Source: Trichosphaerium sp. ATCC 40318
Lineage: Eukaryota > Protista > Tubulinea
NCBI GenBank assembly: GCA_038496445.1
Contig: JALMLS010000599.1
Coordinates: forward strand, 1 to 44,887
Length of the DNA: 44,887 nt
Reading direction: 5' to 3'
Below, piece after piece: positions 34,842 to 44,887 of this stretch. How positions within the stretch are numbered: the stretch's first letter is position 1; every line of letters starts with the position of its first letter. Made by a program: the position numbers and the translations under genes. The notes below the pieces were generated by a model. The model was not told where the DNA came from, searched no databases, and saw only the letters and a program-made list of their open reading frames with translations.

Positions 34842-37800
34842 ATGTTGCGATTCGTTAGAGCGAATAAAATCGCTTGCAAGCGAACACGGGCTCCAAATCG
34901 AACTCATTGGCGTGTTTCTGCTCGTAGACGTTACTGTACTCTACAAGAGGCAAATAACGATGAACCAGTAGCCGAAATTGAGCAGACAAACGAAATAGTT
35001 GAAGAGGTCCAAGACACGTTTGAAAAGGTCTTGGCGCCCGACTTGGAAGGTGTAGAGATACTACCACCTATTGCAGACGACCCAGCTAATGAAATTATTG
35101 CCGACGCGCCTGTACAGACACATACACCTGTCATTCCAGAACCGTCGCGTAAACCACTAGACATCAAGGCCGCACAAGGTACTTTGAACTCAGAATAAGA
35201 TAACTTCATTTTAACGCTTTTCGCTGTCAGATCAAGTACTTCTAATAGATGGTCTTGGCTTCCTGTGGCGAGCATTTTACGCCAAAACAGGTAAAATTGA
35301 GACACCTCAGGGAGAGGACGCAAGAGCTTTTCATGGTTTTATGCAATCATTGTTTAAGCTGCTTAAAGTGTGTCCGTCTGGTTATGTTGGTAAGTTAGTC
35401 GCTGATACTGTGAGACTGGGGTAGTGCTGATACAGATTTTTAGTTGTTTGCTTGGATGCTGGAAGAAAGAGTTTCAGGAATAGGTTGTATCCACCTTACA
35501 AGAAAAATAGGCCACCAAAGCAGCACCTCATACAGAAACAACTTGTTTTTGTCAAGGAAGCACTTCGTGAATTGAATATTGCAGTTGCGTAGTGTTCTTT
35601 TTGTGGACAAAAACTCTTTCTATGAAAATTTGACACATCATTTCATTTTTTCGTTTGACACATTGCATAGTATGTCGAAAAATCAAATTATGAAGCAGAT
35701 GATATTATTGCTACTATTGCAAAGGAGGCTGTATTTGCCGGAAAGAAGGTAAATTTATATTTGATTTTAATGCATAGTGATCTAAACCTATACAGGTTAT
35801 TATTGCTGGTAAAGACAAGGATCTCATGCAACTTATTGATGAAAAAGTGCAACTATATGACTCTGGAAAATTTTATGGTAACAAATTTTGGTGTTAGATT
35901 CAAGGAAGCTGACTTTATTTAAAGGTCCTGAGGAAGTACGCAATAAATTCGGTGTTGAACCTCAACAGTTACCGGATTTCCATGCACTTGTAGGAGATAG
36001 TGCTGATAACAGTATGTTGTCGTCAATTCAATTAATCTTAATGCGTTTGTTAGTACCTGGAGTACCTTCTATTGGTAAAAAGGGCGCAGCTCAATTAATT
36101 TGTGAGTTTGGAGATCTTGACACCTTGCTGGGTAATCTGGCAGAAGTAAAGGATCCTAAAAAGCGAGAGAGGTAATTAGTTTTTTTAGGATAGTAGAAGA
36201 ATAAATTTAATTTATACTCTAGGCTTAAAGAAAATGCTCGTATGTTAGAGCTTTATTATGAACTCGCTCGATTACGTCGTGATATTACCTTACCTGCACT
36301 TGAGAATCTTGTTGCAAATTTTAACGGAGAAGCTGGAAAAAACCATTTCGAGTTTTTCAACTTTAAACATTTTTTCAAGCCTTTGGATATGTTGAATGAA
36401 ATATACAAACAAATACGACCTGTTGAAGATCGCAAAGAAGTCATGCTTCAAGAAGAACTTGATGCTATATATGAAGCCGACGATCTCACAGACGAATCGC
36501 CGAGAGAGTTTGTTGCCATGGAAGTACGTTAATTTTTTTAGTCGCTTCAGCGCCTTGCCCTTATCTCGCTTAGAAAGCAGCTGCGACTGAAGGTCCTTCG
36601 TTATATCCTACTCTTGATCAAGTGGATCTTTTCCAAGGTGAAAAGACGGAAGGTAAAGCAACACCGGTGTCGGATATGCCAGTACCAGAGAAAAACAAAC
36701 AGGTAGCTATCACCTGTGTATATCCTTCAATTAAATATTACTAGCTACCTGATATGCCTCCTGTAAGATCAAATGGTTTCCCACAGGATCATTGGGATAT
36801 CATGCATGACAAACAGTATCAAAAGAGTCTCTTTAAGCGTATTGCTAGAGGTACTGTTTCAAGGTGTTTTTGTTATCATTCTAAAACTATTAACTAGATT
36901 GGAAGCCTGCATACAAAAAAGTGAAGGGAGTAACAATAGTCAATGATAAGAAATCCGCAGAAAGGGTGATAAAGATGCTATATGAGTACAAAGACAGGTA
37001 AATACTACGACTATTTACGACTCTGACAATACATAGATATCATGCTTGTGATACTGAGGCAATTGGTTTGGATTTGAAAAAAATGAACGCTGTTGGATCT
37101 GGTGTTGTTTTTGCTGCTTCAATATACCTCGGTAAGTTTACTTTAGTTTCATACATCTGATGATCCTGTTAACTAAGTTGTTAGGACCTGATTTGGACTT
37201 TGGAAATGGACCAAGAATTTTTATTGACAATCTAGACCGCGCTAATGGTACCCTTGAGCTTTTCAAGGATTACTTTGAAGATGAAGAAATCCTTAAAGTG
37301 TGGCACAACTATTCCTTTGATAGGGCAGTTTTGTATAATCATGGTATACTCTGTGAGGTAATGAGGTTCTTTATTGTCTTTTAAAATCTTACGTTTTGTT
37401 ACAGGGTTTGGGCGCTGATACTATACATATGGCAAGGTTGTATGATACTTCAAGAGATTCATTTAGTTTGGAGTCTCTTTCAAAGGTTTGTAAAAAATCT
37501 TTAGTGTCAGAAATTCATTACGTTGTTAATAGGATTTACTTGGCTCAAAAGAGCATAAAAGAAGCATGAAAGACCGATTCTCCGAACCTAAGAAGGAAGG
37601 ATCAAAGATGATGGTTCTTCCTGAGTTGGATGATTTACAGCGCAACCCAGAAAAAGTAGAAGAATGGATAGGTACGCATTATTTTCTGACAATACGGTCG
37701 AATTAATATTCTTGTAGACTATTGTACTTTGGATACAGTTGCTACTTGGGAACTTCGAGAGAAACTTGAGGTACTATACGTACCTGCTTAACTCTTGTTC

Positions 37801-40542
37801 TTACTCAGTTAAAGGGTTTCCTCAGGAAGAGACCTTGGGAAGCAAAATACTTATGGGATGAAGTGCGATCTTAAATTATAAGATTTGATGTCAAAAGTGA
37901 ATTTTGACGTTTTTAGAACCCTGTGAACACAAAAACTATGTTTGATTTGTACTTTGATTTATGGAGACCATTTGGTACTTGTTTAACGAATATCGAACGT
38001 CGTGGTGTCAAGGTATGCATGTTATTAACATTGTTTCAGCCAATATTAATTATACGCAATGTAGGTTAATGTAGATTACTTAAAACTCCTTGAACCACTG
38101 GCGGAACAAGATATCAAGAAATACCATGACTTCTTCCGTAGATGGGCTATTAAACACTGTGATGATGCAAAATACATGAATGCTTGTACGAGAACAGCTA
38201 TTGGTTGTCCAAACAGTTTACTAAGACTAACCTGTAGCGTCTGATGCACAACTTCAACAACTGCTGTTTGCACCTTGTAACAATAAGAAGAACACTTCAT
38301 TGAAACGTGAAGCTGAGAAGACTTTTACTATCATCTTCCAGGATGAAGAATGGGCAGAAATGGAGAAACAAGCTGAGCTTGAAGCTGCTATAGCAGCAAA
38401 AGAAGAAGAAGAGGCTAAAGCTAAAGAGACTGATTTTGAAGAAGTAGAAGAAGATCTTGGTGAAGCTCATGGAGGAGCTATTTCTTCTGATGCTGTTAAT
38501 GAAGAAGTAGAACAAGATCTTGAGGATGAAGAGGGTACTGATGTGGATTGGATTCAAGAAGACAAGACACCAAAGAAGAAAAAGAAGAAGAAATCTAAAA
38601 AAGCAAAAGCAAAGGAAGAGGAGTTTGGAGAAGAAGACGTATGAAAAATACTTTGTGATTTAGTACCCTTTTTTGTTCTTTTCTTTTAATGATTTATTAG
38701 TTGTTTGAAGATGAAGAGGCTCCAGAAGAACCACCAAAGAAGAAGAGGAAGAAAGTCAATAAGAAAGAGATTGTCCTCAAAGGCATGGGTTTGCCATACT
38801 TTGTACGTCTTGTTTAAAGAAGTAGCAAGCGTTTAACGTTGTGTGTTAATTTTAGGATGTAACAGCATCAGGGTGGCCAGCTGTTAGTGCAGATGCTTTG
38901 CGTAAGTTGGCAGGTGAACCACCAAACAAGTATGGTGCATTGTTCAGATACCAGAAACTTCGAAGAGGTACACTTTGGTGGCTACGACACTAGTTGTTAT
39001 ACACTAACAAATATACTATAGCTGGACAAAATAATGCCATGTATGCTTGTGAAGCTATTAGCGCATTGACTAAGGCATCACAAATTGAAGTTCTCTTGAA
39101 CACTTTTATAAAGCCATTGCAAGGTAAAGCTGTTTAACTTTTTTTTTGTTTGTTAACACGTGTTTTGTATAGTTATTCCAGACGAAAATGGGCGTATTCA
39201 TGCATCATTGAATATCAATACAGAAACTGGACGACTTTCTTGTAGAAAACCTAATCTACAAAATCAACCAGCTTATGACAAAGACACTTACAGGATTCGT
39301 TCAGCATTTACCTGTGAGCCAGGAAACAGTCTTATTGGTACCACCAACATCTTTTTGTTTAATAATTCTGTATTGACCATCGTGTAGTCGCTGATTATGG
39401 GCAACTGGAATTAAGGCTTCTTGGACACATTACACGATGTGAGAGTATGTTACAGGCATTCAAAGAAGTACGTATAGAAAGCAGCATTGCTTTTGCATCT
39501 AGATGCTAACAGGTTTTTGTCAAGGGCGGAGATTTTCACTCAAGGACAGCTGTTGGTATGTACCCAGAGATCAAAGAGGCTCTTGATAAAGGAGAGGTAC
39601 ATATATCTATGGTGTACGAGATATTCTTCTTACTAATAATAAACTAGGTTCTTTTGGAATGGGATTACGCCAATGGCAATCCTCCAGCTCCACTTGTAAA
39701 AGAAAAATATGCTACTGAAAGGCGACGAGCTAAGATGCTTAACTTTTCTTTGGCGTATGGTAAAACTGTTGTTGGTCTCTCTAAGGATTGGGGAGTCAGT
39801 GAGACAGAAGCGCAAAAAACGCTTGACGCTTGGTACGAACAACATACGTAGTTGAGCATAAGAAGCTAACACGAGAGTTAAAAATAGGTATCGAGATAGG
39901 CCAGAAGTTAAAAAATGGCAAATGTGGTCCAAGAGGAGAGCAGAGAAGTATGGTTGGACAAGAACGTTGATGGGTCGGTATCGTCCACTTCCTGCAATGT
40001 CAGAAAGAGGAGCCATGCGAGGTCATGCAGAAAGAGCAGCGATTAATACACCTCTTCAGGTAAATCATTTCTTAAGCCATTGTTTTGTTAGTGCACTTCT
40101 GATGCATTTTAGGGTGGCGCTGCTGATATTATGGTTAAAGCTATGCTGTTGATAGAAGCACATCCGAGACTAAAAGAACTCAAATGGTTACAAGTGATGC
40201 AGATTCATGATGAAGTAATTCTAGAGGTAAACAAAAAACCAGCCGTAAGAGTAATTATCTAACTTTATTCAAAAAAGGGACCTGAAGAACACCAAGATGA
40301 AGCACTTGAGGTACTAACGTTTTAAGCTTATTTGGTGTCTTATTGTATACTATAGATTGTAATGGACCTTATGCGTAACCCAGTTCATCCTGGTGATGTC
40401 AAAAAGCCATTGCTTGTTGATCTCGTTGTAGATAGTAATGTTGGTAAAAACTGGTACGAAAAATGAAGTCTTTAAGTTGTTTTTTTTGCTAAGCTACAAC
40501 TTGTGTTTTCTGACTTTTTTGTAAAGGTATGAAGCCAAGTAA
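34842..40542 (+). CDS. POP: Organellar family-A DNA polymerase (POP type) with 5'-3' exonuclease, 3'-5' exonuclease and a mitochondrial-presequence-like N-terminus
   Basis: Arg-rich N-terminus. 5' exo: LLIDG, YEADD, KDKDL, GDSADN. 3' exo: ACDTE, GPDLDFGNG, WHNYSFD. Polymerase: TETGRLS, ADYGQLELR, RRRAKMLNFSLAYG, QIHDEV; ends NWYEAK*. Confidence 0.93.
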
Positions 40543-40896
40543 GTATCTCGATTCATTTTTTATTTTGGGAATGGAGGGCATGTATAATAAAAAACTGGTT
40601 GGAAGAACAATTCGAATGAAGTCTGAGAACATATTATGTAATATTTGTTGAACCAGTTGCATTTTGTTTGAGAAATATTGACGTCAGAAATGATGATCAA
40701 CCTACGGTTTGCCGTTAAGGTAGAAACATTATCAAACATCAGCAGGATGTTTTACATTAATAGTATTAACTCGTTTCTCTGAAGAGTTCCAGCAATTCTC
40801 CTGTTTCGTACCGTTTTGTGAACTTTAAGTCACCTCAAGATAATAAAGTCATCATTCTGACGATCCAACTTGTTCAAAGACTGGTTTAGTAGTGTC

Positions 40897-42489
40897 ATGG
40901 CAAATACTGATATTTGGGAAGCTGAAGAGATACTAAAACGGCGAAATACGAAGGTTGGGTCAACTACAAGAATAAAAGTAACTGTCTTTAGACCGGAACG
41001 GAATACCTAGTTAAGTGGTGCGGCTATGGAGTAGAAGACGCAACTTGGGAGGTAAAAGCAATCAAGAACAGCAAGTAAACACGTTGTAACTCTCTACATA
41101 GCCTGAGGATGACGTAGACGATGTTTTAATCTATAAATTCGTTTCCAGAAAGAAAGTACATAAACAACCCTCAAAACAAGCGTCAAAAAGTAAAAAGAAG
41201 CGTAACAAAGCCAAAGAACCACAACCAGCACTTACAGTAAATCCAAAAGAACTTTTTGATCTAGAATGGGAAAAGGGAGATCCAAGCCACTTTTTCAAGA
41301 AGTACCCTTACGCTGATGATGGATATGTTAAATCTTTCGATCCAGAGGATAGCAAGACATACCTTGAGTACTTGAAGACATATGGATTCGTTGTTGTTCG
41401 TATCCTAACAGAGGTAGAATGTGAGGCTTCAGTGAAGGTATGATATTTATCTATTTTTAACTGCAACTTATCACGTGATTTTTTTCGGTATAGGCTTTAT
41501 TTGAAGAGGCTAATGAAGCTGCTGCTGATACACAGAAAACAAAGATTTTATTGGAAGATCCAATGACATGGGAGATTGAGAATTGGCCCAGTAGAAGCAA
41601 GTTTTTATTCCGTGGTGCTGCAGTACATCCTATTGCATGGAAAAATAGAGTGAACAAAAATATGTACAAAGTTTTTAGTGAGATTCATGGAACAAAGAGA
41701 TTATGGACTTCAATAGACTTTTGGAGTCTAATGCGTGGTTCATCAAATCTACGGTTTGTTAAAGAAGATACAAAGGAAGTTTACTATACATCAAGAAAAG
41801 ACTGGCGTTATCAACTTTCTCTTCATTGGGATCTAAATCCATGGGATTATGTACAAAGGATAGAAAAAGGTCTTACAGCAAGATATCAGGCTCTTGTAGC
41901 TTTAGTAGATTGTCCGCAATCTGTAGGCGGATTCTTACCTGTACCAGGATCTACACGTTATCTTCCTAGATGGTATGTGTTTTTTTTAATTTTAGAAACT
42001 TTTCTTTTATTTGTGCTGTTGACAGTACCAGTGCATTGTATTGTTGTTTGTCCTGCCATAATGTTAATATGTTAGGTGTTCAAAACATAAGAAGAAAGAA
42101 GGCGACGTATCTATTCGTGTGCCTGCTGGTGACATTATGCAAAAACACACACAAAGAGTGCGTTTTCATTTTTTAAAACTCTACTGTCATTTCTTGTTAC
42201 TTTTTTGTACAACTTACATCTGTACAAGATTCCAATACGTAAGGGTGAGATGGTTATTTGGAATTCTGGCTGTGCACATGCAAACTATTCAAATAACTCT
42301 GATAAAATGAGGTTAATACAATTTGTTAAAATGGCGCCTGCCAAAAAAGAGTGCTATGATAGAGAAAAAAGGGCAGCTCCTCGTATGTTGGATGATGTAC
42401 CATCTCTTAGAGAAGAGCTATCAAAGATACAACTTGATGATTTTGGAAAAAAACTATTTGGACTCAAAGATTGGACTGCAGATGATTAA
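40897..42489 (+). CDS. Chromodomain fused to a PhyH-like 2-oxoglutarate/Fe(II) dioxygenase
   Basis: WEAEEILKRR..EYLVKWCGYGVEDATWE|PEDDV (chromo), then YGFVVV, LHWDLNPW (HxD), YQALVALVD..GGFLPVPGS and GEMVIWNSGCAHANYSNNSDKMRL (distal His and Arg). Confidence 0.85.
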
Positions 42490-42688
42490 AGCATATAACT
42501 CTTGTAATAACATATTGAATCGACACATACAATAGGTCTAATGGTCAAGTTTTGAACAAATGGTAAAGTCCATGACTAGTGTTAAGCAGACTTTACAGGG
42601 TAGGCAAGATAAAAACAGTTTAAATTGAAATAAACACCTTTTACTGTCCCTTAAAAGGGTTCTGGGCAAGTTGGTTTGTTTTCCTTCA

Positions 42689-44887
42689 CTAAGAGTACTC
42701 CTGTGGATGCTTACTAAGGGTTCTCCTGTGGTATATATTATATATTTTCTTTTTTAATGTGTTTTACAAGTTTTCTTCTTCTTTTACATTTAGCCAACTC
42801 TTTCTTCTATCTCTTTTAGAGGAAGTTGACAATAATCCTCCATCATACATTTTCGTTACTTTCATTGTGAAAACATCAGGTTCTTTAGGTTCTTTAGGTG
42901 GTACAGGCGGGGGCCTTTTACGCTTGGGAAACAAAGCAGCATTTGGAGGAGCTGGTGCGCCAACTGAAAAAAAAGTCATTAAGTCGAAAACATCAAAAAA
43001 TAAAGAAGACGAACTTGTGTTCCTTTGGCGACCTATACTTTTTCCGTTTGCGTATGGATGTAAAAAAGGTGCTGAAGTACTTCCTACAAGAGGAGGTGGC
43101 CTATTTGGCGGTCGAGAAGGTTTTAAATATCCTTCAGACTTTGAAGTAGAAAGTAGATTCGGATTGTTATAAATCGCATTGTCGTTTGCATAAGTGCCAA
43201 TATTTGTGTTTGATCTCTTCTGTCCAAAAGATCTTTTTTTTTGTTTCTTAGTATGATCATCGTCTTATGGTATTTTATTATGCGTACTTTATTCGTTTGG
43301 AGTGTTTACCACGCTTAGGTGCACCAAGAGATCTTTTTGAAGAAACTGTTCTAATTTGAGGTGCTTTTTTAGCTGACGGATCTTTCCTGCTCTCTGTCAC
43401 ACTCACAACGTATCTTGGTAGTATCTATACAATTTAGTCATTAAATATGCTGGATAGGTATGGATAGTATACCTGGTATTCGTTGAAAATCACTAACTCA
43501 TCAAAACACAATCCAGATTTTGGTTGAACTGGTTCACCGTATTGATTTACTATCAAACAATAAGAACTTGTTGCAGAATGTTTATATAATGAGTACCAGT
43601 GGCGTAGTGAGCAGTACATCCTTCCATTTGTGGTTTGCCTAGTATTGAAGGCATGTAAGTTTATGTACAATGAGCACGTGCTGATCACATGCGAGAGGAC
43701 AGCAGTTCAAGAAAACTGTTGGTGCTATTTTGGTGTACCTTTTAAGCTGATTTTTTTGTTAAGTGGATTCTCTGTTGCAGGATAAGCTTGCCCTGGTATT
43801 ACATAGCAAAGAGCTAGTGTCATCTCTCCTGCATCATCTGGTGAGCAGTATCTCTAGGTTGTAGAAGTTAGAGTTTAAGAAAATGTTGTGATGAGCTTGT
43901 GGTGAGGCTGCGTACTTGGACCATATAAGGAACTGAAGAAGAAAAGTATACCCCATCTCCAAAGTTACCATCTTTGTTCTTAAGACTAGTAGCACCACCT
44001 ATTGTTTTTATCAAAAGTAAGAGAGACGTTCAAGCTTGAACTTTTTTTCTTCTTCGTTGTTTCTTTGTTTTTGTTTTAAATAGATACTTACCTAAATTGC
44101 ATAGGTTCCATACATCTATATTACTACCTCCAAATACACAAGGGAGAATACTTATCTAAAAAGGAAAATTTAAGTAATTATAAAAGTGTTATGATGGCTT
44201 GAATGTTTTTTCTTTTTTTTTGTGGATTGTACTTTGGGATCTGCGAGTTTACATTTCGCTATCCGTTTTTGCAAATATTCACTAACAGTATTCCTCTTTG
44301 CACTACCTTTATCCTATACAAATACAATATTTAACATCAAAAATAAAGTCACAGATGTTGTTGATAGCGAAAAAAAAACCACAAAGACTTACTGTTGTTT
44401 TCCATCGTTGACTTCTATGTTTTGGATTTTCTGCATTAAAAAATTAGCACATACAATAGCTCTAATATGTAGGAAAATAAAGAGAAAGTACTACCTTTTA
44501 TAACTGTCAACTCGTGATGTTGTATATTGTAGCATTGTTCAAAATTCTTTACCATAGCTTCATTATGTACAGCGTAAATATTAACTATTTTAAACGCTCT
44601 ACCACCTAATTTAAACAAAAAGTTATTGACGCAGGTCGCTATTAAAAGTTCAACAGGTAAACAAAAAGAGTTGTCAACGATGGACATGTATTAGGAAGTC
44701 TATAATCATGACTTTTAATAAAACTGATAAACGTACTGAGCAGTTGGTTAAATATTGTGTATACTTTCTTGAGTTCTCTTGTGCTTTTTGTATAAACATA
44801 CTGAGACTCTTCTTCAAGCCTAGAATCGTATATTTTCAAGGCTTTTGTAGGTTCTTGTCCATCTTCAGCAGGGAGATTTTGCCATCC
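42689..44887 (-). CDS. PARP-like ADP-ribosyltransferase-domain protein with a Pro/Lys-rich tail; 5' end lies outside the window
   Basis: IYAVHN, LPCVFGGS, DGNFGDGVYFS, LCYVIPGQAYP, AHYA, FDELVIFNEYQ|ILPRYVV. Confidence 0.75.

Noticed and set aside
1-44887. CRISPR arrays, rRNA, tRNA or telomeric repeats
   Set aside because: None recognised by eye; tRNAscan-SE and Infernal were not run.

Overview
AT-rich eukaryotic (protist, probably amoebozoan-like; inference) nuclear DNA with dense genes and many short (~40-60 nt) GT-AG introns, so the ORF track is fragmented and the gene models below were spliced by eye. The first ~8.25 kb repeats downstream sequence: 1-888 is an inverted copy of ~8258-9148, and ~897-8250 is a direct copy of ~9870-17225. 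This is probably an assembly or read chimera. Recognisable housekeeping genes are S-formylglutathione hydrolase, GST, a CLC-6/7-type Cl-/H+ antiporter, an Arf-like GTPase, UMP synthase and an organellar family-A DNA polymerase (POP) with a 5'-3' exonuclease. Unusual content: (1) three paralogous genes built from 4-6 copies of a ~70-aa Trp-rich repeat fused to a Vsr/RAP-like PD-(D/E)XK nuclease, one extended by a possible degenerate ATP-dependent ligase; (2) a complete 4.74-kb PIF/Harbinger-superfamily DNA transposon (TIRs, ATT TSD) carrying three unexplained accessory genes, GCCGG subterminal repeats and seven copies of an AT palindrome; (3) a chromodomain fused to a PhyH-like 2OG-Fe(II) dioxygenase; (4) a PARP-like protein lacking the canonical His.
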